Origin: Paragordius varius
Taxonomy: Eukaryota > Animalia > Nematomorpha
NCBI GenBank assembly: GCA_964247055.1
Contig: OZ176053.1
Location: forward strand, 9,672,001-9,736,000
Reading direction: 5' to 3'
Length of the DNA stretch: 64,000 nucleotides
The translations under genes and the position numbers were made by a program. Under the pieces are notes generated by a model. That model saw nothing but the letters and a program-made list of their open reading frames with translations. It did not search any database and was not told where the DNA came from. This document shows, one piece after another, positions 50,978 through 64,000 of the stretch (positions are counted from its first letter, which is position 1; each line of letters starts with the position of its first letter).

Positions 50978-51250
50978 CCCATCACCCCGATTCTTCCAAC
51001 TAACCCTTCGCTAGCCCCGTTTATCTTCTTTTTGCCATTCGACGTTACACCTTTCCATATTGCTTATTTCTCTCTGCAAAAAAATAAAGAATCTGACATT
51101 AATGTTCAAAAAAATTTATCCCCCATTTAGCCACTCTGAACCTTCAAACTTTGCCCATCACCCCGATTCTTCCACATAACCCTTCCTTAGCCCCGTTTAT
51201 CTTCTCTTTGCCAATTTAATTTACACCTTCGCATCTTGCTTATCTCTTTT
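50978..51250. repeat. Two ~100-bp pyrimidine-rich direct repeats downstream of importin-alpha
   Basis: cccatcaccccgattcttcca..taaccctt..tagccccgtttatcttct at ~50978 and ~51154. Confidence 0.8.
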
Positions 51251-53004
51251 TTCTAATAAAAAATAGTTATAGTTAGTTCAAAATCTTTTTATTTGTAATG
51301 AATTCAATTACATGTTTATTACCATTATGAAACTTTTTAACACATGAATTCCACAAATTGAATATTTTTTGGTTTAATGTTTTTATGCTATTAATTCTCC
51401 GTTTAACCTCCGAATTTCAAATTTTAACAGTAATGATATTTGGTAAAGAGAGGGGCATTTTGTCGAATACAATAGTTTAACGTCTGCGCACTACAATAAA
51501 GACGTGCTGTTTATTTTCACAAATCATCATTCGTTTGTGAAATTTTGTTTATGAAAATTATTTCCTTTACATAACAAGGATCACCTATTCAGACACTCGT
51601 ATGTGTTTATATGCATGTGTTAACGGTTTTTATTCTTTCCCGCGGTTTAGATTGTTTTAATTATGTGTTAAAAACAATCAAGCCTTAATAAAGAATAACT
51701 TGTGCATTATTATATGTTTTGCATTACATAACACCATTCAACTTATTTGTAAAAGGCTCATCGAGAAATAGTTTTTATCCCTTTTTTCAAGCGCATTTTA
51801 TATTTTATCTCGTTTGAATTGATGTATGTGTGTTCTATTTTTGACACAATCAAATTTGTACGGATACTTTCCACAAAGATATTATATCGGAATTTTCAAA
51901 GAACTATCTCTATCTACCACAAATTCAAAGATACATTTCATAAATCACCATAAAAATATTGCCAGAGTGAGTGACCAATTGTGTTTATATGTATGTATGG
52001 TTGTTGACCTTTATATATACCATATATCATTTTGTGTCAATGTACTTACCCCATCTTGTTATTCTTGATTCACACTTTATTTTTTCGTCAATGTTGAGAT
52101 AGATGGTGACAATGATGACATCAAACACAAAACATTCATTTATCATTGATGATGGATATTTTGCTTTACCTGTGTGATTGCTCATATTTAAAATGCAAAT
52201 TTGCTGTTGTTGTTTCTTTTTGCTAATGACAAAAAAAATTTGTAGTGCACGTTTGTGGTTGATTGTCCAATCTTCTTTATCGAGAAATGATGCGTTGTGC
52301 GCCTCTCTTGTAAAACACTGTAGCCATTTATACACTCATCACTCACACAGATATGTATATGCCCATCAATTATCATAATATCTTTTTTTTTCCACTGGAA
52401 AAAAATCAATATGAATAAAATTAACCACATTTTTTTCATTATATTATACTACTACATTAAAATTATTCACAAATTTGTGTAAATAAAAGTATAATATTAA
52501 TATCCATTATAATTTTTTTTGGTTGCAAATATATATTATGAATATTAATAAATATTTAAAGATTTCAAAAATTGTATCATCTACATTTTGCATTGCAGTT
52601 AAAGGGATTATGCAAATTTTGAACATAATACCTTTTAATTCTATGGTACAAAATTTTAAAATTATTTTTTGTAATCCATGAGGAATAACGATAGGAAGGT
52701 AGACGCTGTAATAAATTAGAAATATTTTTTAAAAAATAAATTTTGATACATATCGATTTTTTATGATAAAATCCCATAAATTTTACGGAAACGATTTTTG
52801 TTGGGTCTGACGAATTATAAATGCATTACCGTAACTGCGACAGCTTATAAATATCAATGATTAACATTTGCTTAAAATGATTTTTAAATCTTGTATACAT
52901 GCAAAAAAATTTAAAATTTATATTATGTTATTTTTAAGGTGATAAACACAGTACTTAATTTACTAATTGGTTATTTTCCTTAAGATTTGTTGTATATATA
53001 TATA

Positions 53005-54253
53005 CACTGTGTGCAAAAAAGAGGGTCATTTTGATTCGATAAAAAAATTTTCATGAGATAGCTTATGACCAGCGTATTTATTTGCCACAATTTTTATTTG
53101 TTGACAACCTAGTTTTTAAAATATTGAAAGAAAATGGAAATCGGGCAAAAAGTGAAAATTAAGGATAATTAAAAAAATAATGATAAAATTTGAAATATTA
53201 TATTTTATTACCATTCTAGGAGATATTTTCAATATATAAATAGCCTAAAATCCTATAGTTAGGGTTTCTATAAAATTTCAGATCAAATGATGGCGTTTTT
53301 CTTTTGTCACACTTAAAAGACAAAATAAATTTAACGAAACTATATTAAAATAATTGTTTTTAATTATTTACTACCTAAAATCACTATTAAAATCTTAACA
53401 TTCATATTTTATTCAGTAAAATAAACTTCTATATCCAAATAAAACCAAAAATATTGTTTTTTATTTTTGCATTTTTTTGTCATCTGGTTTATGAGTGTAT
53501 GTTTTATTTTGGATTCTCACATGATTGAGATTATTAAGTATATAATTTATGGAAAATAGGGTTTAAAGGTAGTGGAATATCAACGAAAAAATCCTTACAA
53601 TTACCTCTAACAAGTCTGTTTTATGACAAATTAATATTTGTATTGGGATTTGTACAATTTGTTGGTTGATATTCCACTAACTTTCAAGCCTATTGTGCAT
53701 AAATTATATACTTAATAATTCTTAATCATGTGAGAATTCAATACAGTATAAATTTTTTATACACTCATAAACCAGATGAAAACATGCAAAAATAAAAAAA
53801 CAATATTTTTTCTTTTATTTTGATATAGAAGTTTATTTTACTGAATAAAATATGAATGTTAAGATTTTAATAATGTTAGGTAGTAAATAATTAAAAAAAA
53901 ATATTTTAATATAGTTTCATTAAATTTATTTTGTCTTTTAAGTGTGACAAAAGAAAAACGCCATCTTTTGATCTGAAATTTTATAGAAACTCTAACTATA
54001 TGATTTTAGGCTATTTATATATTGAAAATATCTCTTAAAATGATAATAAACCAAAATATTTCAAATTTTATCATTATTTTTTGAATTATCCTTAATTATC
54101 CTTAATTTTCACTTTTTGCCCGATTTCGATTTACCAATGGTTCAAAAACTAGGTTGTCAACAAATAAAAATTTTTGCGGCAAATGAATACGCTGGTCATA
54201 AACTATCTCATGAAAAAAAAAATTTTTCGTTAAAAATTTTTTTGCACACAGTG
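53005..54253. mobile_element. 1.25-kb almost fully palindromic Tc1/mariner-like MITE
   Basis: TA + CACTGTGTGCAAAAA ... TTTTGCACACAGTG + TA. Arms ~53005-53600 and ~53645-54253. Confidence 0.88.
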
Positions 54254-54835
54254 TATATATATATTATTTTATCTATTGTGGTTATTACCGTGGCTCATTG
54301 CATTTTTAAGCTTTCAGACCAGTTTAACCGAGCAAAAACCCAACCCTTGTCATGATCAGGTGTAATCTCGCACATCCAAAATCAATCAGATATTAAACAA
54401 TACTTGATCGCTTACAAATTTAAAGAACCGGTTATGTACACGTTATAATTTGGGCGAACCAATCCCGTTGCGGTTTCACTTGCTCAGGAACCACGTTGGT
54501 TCCACCAACCGCCTTAGAACTATTCTAGATGTGACTCCACTTTTTTCTTCCCGGTTCAAAGCCCTGATTCAGAAATCACCCAAGTTTTTAAAAATTAAAT
54601 TAATTAAAGGTACATTTTTGAGTATGCACATAAACAAAATGAAGCCGAAAATATTAATTGCTTGCTTATATATCGATGCCACTATGAGAAACTTGGGTTG
54701 AGTCGGGGAAGTCGCAAGATGAATTATCCCACTCCATATTGATTCATTTTCAATATAATATAAGATAGAATAACGGCAGTTGCTATTGGTCATTTCGGTA
54801 TTTGATTGGTAAAAGGGGATTTAATTTATATCTCT

Positions 54836-55117
54836 TGTTAGCATGTATGAGATTTTTCATTTTGATTAGTTACATATTTAATTACTGTATTTTTCCACAA
54901 TTTTAAAATACAGTAGCGTATGGCATAAAACAATGTTAGTCCATACTAGAATAGAAAAGTGTTTTTTGAAAAAAACTGCCAGTTGTGCATACACATATTC
55001 ATAATATCTATCCCCTTGTTTTTATAAAAATTTTTTATTCTTTTATGGACTAACATTGTTTTATGCCATAAGCTACTGTGTGTAACTAACTATTGAAAAA
55101 TCTCATATATGCTAACA
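54836..55117. mobile_element. Palindromic MITE (~280 bp)
   Basis: tgttagcatgtatgagatttttca / tgaaaaatctcatatatgctaaca and atggcataaaacaatgttagtccata / tatggactaacattgttttatgccat. Confidence 0.75.
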
Positions 55118-56165
55118 GATGTGTAATTTGAAAACTCTTTTGACCACGATATGACCAATAATATCTCATTTTAATTAAAATCATATACAATTTCAAGTCA
55201 AAATAGCTTTGATTAAGTACTTATCCGAAAAACAACATATAAGCTACTTGGACATAATTTAATTGAGGTGTCTTAATTATTTGATTTTTGGTGCTTTTTA
55301 AGTGACGAAATCAGGTAATTTTTATAGAGTTTTATATACATAAAAAAATTTAAATTATAAATGAGGCATTGGACGCTTTTGAATATATTATCATTAATTA
55401 AGCTTAATGCGTTTGATATCATAATTTAAATTTATTCATTCTTTTAATTTTGTAACAATTTATGAAACAATACGAAAACATATAATAAATCATTACAACA
55501 TATTTTCAGTTTTGCTCTAAAATGAATCTAATTAAATTTAAAATATTTTAGCTTTAAAAAGCCCGTCGTACTCATATATTGGATTTGAAATATGTTTAAA
55601 TATGTGATGTTTTTCTATATACTTTTTCGTTTGAAAATATATAGGTATAATATATAATTTATGATATTCATGAATGTTGCAGTTACTTTGTATAAAATGT
55701 ATACAATTTTCATAGAGATATGAGCAAGAAATGTTGTACTTTTGCTTGTTATTAAAAATAAAAAACAGTATAAATTGTGATTTATGGGACAAGTAAGTCT
55801 GTACAAAAACCAGTGTATTAAATATGTTTTTTTTTGTTTCTTATACTAATGGAAAAATATGTTGCACTCTTTAGTACTCCAAAAATTATAAAGAATAAGA
55901 TGTTGGGATTATCATCTCTGTCGGTTTGCTTTAACTGAACAAAAAAAAATTCTTTTTTTATTAAAACAAACCAATTCGTGAATCTCCATATTTTAAGCAC
56001 TTTAAGCAGTATAAATGTATCCTGAAACAATTAAACTTAGGTTCCATTTAGGAAACTATTTAAATTCTCATATTTTTTAAATTACATCTGATTTGTTAAA
56101 GAAAAGATTGATATAGTGTAAACGGAGTTAGGCCTGTAATACAGTATTAGTAAGTATACATTGCC

Positions 56166-56310
56166 AGAAAGTTATTAATTATTGTTAAATAGTAAATATA
56201 ACAAAGGGCAGTATTATTGGTTAATAATAGCAAAAAGTGAAAAAAAACTATAAAGCCAATGATACTGCCCGTTGTTGTATTTATTATTTGGCAATAATTA
56301 ATAACTTTCT
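56166..56310. repeat. Short inverted repeat / small MITE
   Basis: agaaagttattaattattg / caataattaataactttct, plus inner gggcagtat / atactgccc. Confidence 0.65.
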
Positions 56311-59300
56311 CTCAAAATTTAATATCAAAACTTTAAACCTCGAAATATCCTATTTGAAACAGTAATTCTAAACATAAATTGAAGCGTTAAGATTTTTAAG
56401 ATAATTCTTTATCAATTTGTATATCTCTCTCAAATATTTAAGAATTCTTGGGTATGACACTGGGTTAGACTCGTCCCATCTACAATAAACTAATTATTTA
56501 CCAGTAACACTTCATAACCTTTTCAATTTGTCCGCGATGAGATAATGGGATAGTTTTTATATCTCTCATACTTGATCTACTGTTTTTTAAAATTATCAAA
56601 TTAAAAAATTAATATTTATTATTAATTTGTGACTTCTATTGTCTAAAATTCTGACAGCTATTCAATAAAACAGCTGATTATAAAGTCAAAACAAAAGTTG
56701 CTAGTTAAATGCTACTGACATTTTTAAACTATAAAATACATTTATTTGCCTAAAGTAAAAGTGATCAAAAAATTAAAGAAAAAAAGAGGATTTTTTACAA
56801 TTTATCATTTTTTTAAAAAAGTTTTTGTATTATGCGCCTAAAATGCTAAAAAAAGCATATTTACCCAATATCGTAAATATTTTTTAAGATGTTCTAATTT
56901 CAAATCGCTCAGGATTTAAATCTGCATCAAAATATGAAATATTAAAATACATTTAAAATGGAAATTTTTTTATAATAAGAAAAGCCTCTATAATCTAGAT
57001 AATATAAAAACATTTTTGCACGTATTTAGATGCCATTGATTTCTATAACTTGGAATTTTTAATTTGTTTTCCTTTCGTTTTTAATATCGAATATTAATTT
57101 AAAAGTCACTTGGTAAAATAATTGATTTTGATATCACATCTCTAGCATTCATTTTAAGGATATTAGCCTTTTTAAAACGTATGTGAGATTTGCCTTATAT
57201 AAAAATTCAATCAAATTATATTGTTTAAGCATAATTAATATATGTTAACAAAATAATTTGGATGATTAACTTTGTTCATTAAACATATATGCGCTAAATT
57301 TGTGATTTATGAGACCGGTTTCATTTTTCATTTTTGGGTGAAACAATTTATTTTTAAACGGCTTTGAACAAATTATCCTCGAGTTCATTTATAAAATAGC
57401 TTTGGATCCGGGTTTTAATTTTTGGTCATATTGATTGGGAATCAATTAATACCTAATAATTTTGCATGAAAAATAAAAAAGCATTAACATATAATAAGTT
57501 CTACCCTTCATAATTCAGATACCCCTAATCCAATTTAGAACGATTAACAAATTTTTTAATCGTTAAAGCTTGTGCAGCATCTATATGAAACATATTATAT
57601 TTTTTTCATGTGAGGTTCCTATAAGCTAAAAAATGGCGGCAAAATGCTAGAGATGAGGATTTCATTAGTTTATTTTGTAGAATCTTTTTTAAGTAATACG
57701 CTTGAAATGGCCAAAAAATTTGTATATAATTCGGCTTAGAATCATGACAACAAATCGTTTGGGGTGTTTAGTCGCAAAAAGTGATAAGGTATTTAAGAAA
57801 GTTTACTTTAAGGTTCCTACCTTAAAAAACCAATTGGGCTGCGAACCTTAAATTTATCTTTCGATTAGCGATTAATATTCATAATAAAAATTTGGGCATA
57901 ACACATTATTAGTTTTGAAAATCGGGTTTTTTTAATCTTTATAAAGGAGATTTTACAGGCATCCGACAATTATAGCTGGGGTTGTGACGGCCTGGTTAAA
58001 TACCTAGAGTCACATGACCTAGGTCGCGACTACAAAATATAACCCAGTCAGATTATTTCTATTTTAATTGTTTTACAATTTACATGAAAACAAAACTATA
58101 TATTAATTATTTATATAAAATATCATATATAATATGAATCACATTTTTTCTTTGGTAAATCCAAACCGAAATGCGTAAAGAGCAAGCGATAACCGATTTG
58201 ATTCTCTTGGCACAGTTATTAAAACCATGTCGAAAAAATGATTAAACAGCTACGATACCTCAAAGGCACTTGATACTCTTAATCGTATATGTCTCAATTA
58301 TGATTTTCCGTGTGAATGAATATAGACACAGTTCGTAAAAACTTAAAATTTTCGAAAAGTTCGAATATGGCCATTTGGATGTTGAAGAATTTTGGAAAAT
58401 CGTTACATTTACCGAATCAAGACGAATTATTTTTACACTCGCTTCAAGTGGTGCAGCGGAAAGATTTTCTATGCACAAATATGTACATAATTCCCACAGA
58501 AACCGTTTGGATAATTTATTGTTTAATTTTTTTAATTTTTAATGTTATAAATTTTAAAGGGTCCCATAACTAGAGCATAAATAGTATTTGGATTCAATAA
58601 ATTCCATATTAGGCAATTTTTTCTTTTCGCTATTAATAATTTGAATCTTATATAGTAAATTTATTTCATAACGCAAGTCTTATTTTTTGGCCGTGATTTA
58701 TAACTATTTATAAGGCTATTTATGATTTCAGGAAGAATCGTTAATTGTAACTAACCCTAATTATAACCACTAATTTGTAAATAAATTATTTTTATAATTT
58801 GATTTTCTCTTTAAATTTTGAATTATAGAGTTATACAAAAATATGTAAACAAAATATAGTAAAAAATTTGTATTGATATTTTGCATGTGTTTTTGAGCAA
58901 AAAAAATTAAGAAAACAAAAACACAGTAGTGAGTGGTAAGCAGCATGGCCATTGTAACAATTGTAGAAAAAAGTATACAAAAATATTTCAAAAAATAGCT
59001 TTATTTTTACACATACACATTTATACTTTAAAAATTATATATTTTGTTTGCTCTTCTTCATTCGTTAATGATAATTATTTCAAAAACAAATTTATTGGTA
59101 ATTATGCAACTAAACTTAATATCATTTTTTTCTTTAAAATACAAGTGTATCTAATTAATATTCCTTCAATACATTATACATATCTATCATTGCATTCACT
59201 CTTTATCACATCTCATCCTTTTGGCAAATTCAAAAATTGGACTTTTCCTTTCATTACATTATCTGAACATAAGCTGATAATTTCTTATGACCATTAACAA

Positions 59301-60779
59301 ACATTTTATGTAATGTAATTTAAGGCTGTTCTGCTTTTATCACAAAAAAGATATCGAATTCCCTCTCTTTGAGATATAGCAAGAAAGATATCTGAAAAAA
59401 TCCATGTTCCACATATATTAAACCTGGCAAGGTTAAATTTACAATGTGTCACACGTCCGTTTCTATTTGTGTATAAATTAGTTTTTTTCCCAAAATTTGC
59501 TGCGTGTCTCTTCAAACCTATTTCATAATGAATTTTTTTTTCGATAAAAGAAAATTTATAATAATATAAAAACAAATTCGTCAATTTTTGGTAAACTAAT
59601 TGGCACCATAAATCACATATTAAAATGTTTTTCCTTAAGCATAGAATGAGACCAATTCGCTATCCATCCATATCAACGGAAAAATTGTGATCATAAATAT
59701 ATTCTCGCTTTTTATTCCAATATTGCATCTTTTCTGTAACTTTTTCAAAGTTAATCGGAATGTTTGGATGATAAATATATGATAAAGGATTTAATTTCCA
59801 CATAAGAATGAGATTTATATTATACTGAATATTAAAGACACCTAATTTATGACTTGATGGCCATATAACTAACTAACAAATAATAAATATGACTAACATC
59901 TTTTTTATATGTGACGAAATAAATCAACTCAATAACACAATTTGTATAAAAAACAAAATCTGTATAGTAAGTAGATAGATACATTTCCCTTCTTTACCAA
60001 AAAGTATAATATGAATTCTTAATTTTTCTATGAGTTACACAATAATATTATTGATCCGTTTTTCTCCTTTGGATCTAGCTTCTGTGTGTTTTGTCAGGCT
60101 TATAAAACTGCAGAGGAAAAAAATAAACCAATCTCTATGGACATTATTAGTGTTATTTTGTTGCAAAATAAAATCGCTTAATAACATCCAATCTATACAT
60201 AGCACTGAAATTATACAATATTTGTATGTGCAAAACTACAGGAAAGAAAAAATTTATTAAAAGTTTGTTAAAACTCAAAAATAACCAATCATCTATCCAT
60301 CAATCATCCAAAACATCCAATATTTATTTATTTGTTCGCTAATTGAAAATGGGAAACTATATATACATACAGTAAATTTTTCTTATTTTTTTTCTTTTGA
60401 ACGAAATACAATTCTTCTTTGATCTATTTTTGCCTTTGTGTGATCTGTATGTTGTCTTTTTTCATCATCGACATTACATCAATATTAATATTTTTAGAGA
60501 TGTTCGAAAAATGCTAGTCAATAATTTATGTTTCATAATCCTCTTTTTTCAAAAAAATGTATAGATTTTATCTCCTGGGACTTTTGCAATTGCACATTCA
60601 TATATCTTTATTAGTGTAATGTAAAATGACCAAAAATCATATTTGTTTTAGTTTAGTTCATTACTTTCCTTTCTTTAAACAGTAAATTATAATTTATGAC
60701 GGTTAGTTAGTTTTCAAACACATTTTGCATTTTTATTTTGTGTTATGCTGTAACAAACAAAATTTAAAATATCGAATAG

Positions 60780-61635
60780 ATGTTTAATAAAATATTTATG
60801 ATTCTGATTTTGGGTTACAAAATTGTACTTAGCCATCATTATAATGACCATGAAAGTCAAAAATTCGGTGATAAAACCGATTTTAACATCACAGATCAAA
60901 TTTCATCCACAATCTCAGCAAATCAAAATTTATCATTCCCCTTTAATCCTTGTAATATTTGGAAAATTATCAACCAATCTGAGTTGAAAAACAATATAAC
61001 ATGTTTATGCAACATAAGTTCCGTATGGGGTAATAATGAAACTTCTTTGGGAAAACAAAAACCACAACGTTTACGAGAATGGAGTTGTAAATTAAAAGAA
61101 ATTTGGATTTCGGATATCACGATTGCTGTGAAATCTAAACCCAAATGGCTTTATACTATGGCTGTGGGACAAAATTCCCTTCTAACCGGATATCATCTAC
61201 CTCATTTTGTAACATATTCATTCCAAAAATATTCTCTCATTACCTCTCTGTAAATCTTTAATTTTTAGTTTTTACTCTTCCAAAAATAAAGTTTCTTACG
61301 ATAAATTATATCCTATTTACAGTAAAAATTGAAATTATACAGACAAAACGTATATATATAAGGACAAATATTTTTATTAAAAGACTACCATGTTTTCAAA
61401 CCATAACTTATCATTTTGCATCGCAAAATAAGATATAAAGATATAAACAATTTAATTTTACAATTCATGTTAAAATATAGAAGTTTATAAAACTATGATT
61501 TTATTTTTACGTCTTGTCTGTATATAATTATAATATTTATTGTAATATAATTTCAATATCTAGTGATCTCGGTGACAACAGAATTGGTTACATTGATGGA
61601 TACTATTTTTCCAATTATACTCATTTGAAAAAATT
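60780..61635 (+). CDS. 5' part of a secreted or membrane leucine-rich-repeat protein (exons 60780-61249 and 61564-61635; continues downstream)
   Basis: Signal-peptide-like MFNKIFMILILGYKIVLS, Cys-rich cap (C..W...TCLCN...C), then ITSL|DLGDNRIGYIDGYYFSNYTHLKKL encoded by a 72-bp phase-2 exon typical of extracellular LRR receptors. Confidence 0.78.
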
Positions 61636-63854
61636 GTAAGTTTAATTTTATCTTAACTAGTTTTTGCAGTGCAATTTTTATTGAAACCTTAATAATTAAT
61701 TTATTAGAAGAGAAACAAAATATAAATGTTTTCCTAATTTATTGCCTAAATTTTGATGTAATATACTATTAAATTATCATAACCGGTACATAGAAATATT
61801 TTTTATATTTAACGATCAAAAACAATTGCATCCAATCAAACAGTTCATTAAACTACGTACACAATAAAAATGTATCTTTCAATCAAAAACAAATTTCAGA
61901 AATCTAGTTTGATTCGTCATAAATTAAATAATTATCATTCATTATAAATTAGGATAATCTAAACAATATTTTACTAGGGATTAAAACCACAATCATTTTA
62001 AGTTCCGATTCCGGACCCAATTTTTTGGGAAAAAATTTCTTTTTCAATTTTTTCCGGTAAGTTATTCAATTGGCTCCACTTTTTATATTAAGGAAATATA
62101 TTATTTACAATGTAAATAAAATGTCACAAAAATTCGAGCTTATATATATAACCTAAAAATTTGATAAATGCTGTCACGAAAAATATAATTAATAGAAATA
62201 TAAAAAAATATTACAGTTTATTTTCTATCAAAATTAAGCCGTTAAATACGTTCCAATGTTTTATTTGACATACGAATTAAAGTGATTTTTTACAATCTGT
62301 CCTCTTTCAAAACTTTTTTGTTTGAAGATGCGCTTAAATGCCAAATGCAAATTTCTGAGTTTGGCGATATCTTTCTTAAATTTAAAATTTCTTTGGGTTA
62401 AAAAACTACCGCAAAGGGTAATTAAGTGTTAATCATTGGGATAGTTGTCTGAATTTCTGTTAAAATCAAATATTGTAAAAGCATATGGAATGTAGGTTGC
62501 AATATTGAAAATATATTCAAGATTTAGATGAACCGTTTCAGAAATTGGAAATGCAGCCTAACAGTTTGAAAAAAAGATGTGTTTTTTATATAAATAAATT
62601 ATAGGGTTTGATATATTTATATAATAGCATTTATAATTAACCATCAGCATATGCAAACCGTAATCAGAACTATTTGACACCAAAAATAATGAAATCGGCA
62701 CCGAAGCCAATTTTTTTGGTAGAAAATCTTCGGAATTAAAACCAATTTTACATTAAACTGACTTAAGGTAACCCAATGTATATCCAAGTGTTGATAAATA
62801 CTTTGTAAAATGTGTGTTTTCACCTAAATTTTTGACATTAGACTAATTTTCAAAAATATCATTTTCAAAAGCAGGATACTAAGCTCTTATATCGACTTTA
62901 TCAAACTTATCGCAAAAACTTTGCGCTATATTGGATAAAAAATACTAAGCTTGTTTTAGTTTCCTTTTTAGATATTCAGAAATACTTGGAAAAAATTTGA
63001 CCAAAATGTGGTCAACCCTTTTAATAAATCATGTCCGATTATGTTGCCTCAATACCAATTTTAATGAAGAGCTAAAATTTCTAATTTAATTAAAGATAAA
63101 TTATTTTTTAACACACTTTGATATGTAGTAGATAATCAACCTTTTTTGAAAATTTATTACTGTTATATCTTGTGTTTTTTAATTGTTTGTTGATGTGTAT
63201 GTGAGTAAATTTAAAATATGACATACATTTATGCATTGAGTTAAATGGTTTAAGGCATAATGCAAAAAAATGATTTTCTTTTTAAAAAAATGATAAAGTA
63301 AAATAGATTTATGGGTGGCAAAATCCTTACGAGTCCTTATATGTATGCTGTATTAAACTAAACTCTCAGGTCATTTATGATATATATGTTATTAACATTT
63401 TTATCACGTATTTCAATTTTTAACAATTTATTTTGTCATTCATCACTAAAATATAATATCAAAGAGATGCTTTATTTTTTGCTATAAAAATGAAATAAAA
63501 TTTATAGATATATGTCACATTATATGATTAATTTTAAATGAGCCCCTTTTTGAAAAGAGTGTTTTGTTTCCTAACATAAAATAATTGCAAATATCAATTT
63601 TAACATGATATGTATGACAAATCATAATTTTAAAACAAGAACCATTTACAATTTAAAATCACCCTTGATCAATTCAAATTCACTCTAAAATAAATTAGTG
63701 TTTTTTTGAGATCAAAAATTGCCTATATTTTTTTTATTTTTAAATAATAAAATTTGGTTTAAAATTAATCTGAAAAAATAATGAACTATGCCATAAGAAG
63801 AATATATTTCTTATTAAGAATGAGTTATATTAGCCCGAAAATAACTTATTTTTA

Positions 63855-63970
63855 GGGTGAATTGTTTGAGGGTGAATATGAATTGTCGAGGGTCAATTCG
63901 AATTGTTCAAGGGTGAATATTAATTGTTCGAGGGTCAATTTGAATTGTTAAAGGGTGAATTAGAATTGTA
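63855..63970. repeat. ~21-bp minisatellite (GGGTGAAT..GAATTGT..A)
   Basis: About six degenerate tandem units read directly. Confidence 0.85.
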
Positions 63971-64000
63971 AATGGTATATAAAATTTGAAAACGGTTCCA

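Overview
This window is very AT-rich, repeat-rich eukaryotic (probably animal) genomic DNA. It has spliceosomal GT-AG genes that mix ultra-short introns (26-45 bp) with kb-scale introns filled with transposons. No rRNA, tRNA or CRISPR array was recognised. Most ORFs in the supplied track are spurious or are single exons. Genes reconstructed by hand: (1) an unknown minus-strand gene (~25754 down to at least 12264, probably to 7209 or 3773) with 17 consecutive symmetric phase-1 exons, 11 of them 18-48 bp; (2) Ku80/XRCC5 (minus, 41455-35187, 16 exons, ~763 aa), which has large charged insertions and apparently no C-terminal domain; (3) importin-alpha (plus, 41550-50677, 12 exons, ~586 aa), head-to-head with Ku80 with only 94 bp between the start codons; (4) the 5' part of a secreted or membrane LRR protein (plus, from 60780). 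A segmental duplication (1-5749 vs 27390-34330) gives filled/empty site pairs for a Helitron, a 1.4-kb internally deleted Gypsy LTR element, a hAT remnant and two unclassified insertions. Several MITE and foldback families are also present. All gene models come from manual translation and splice-site reading and need RNA-seq confirmation.
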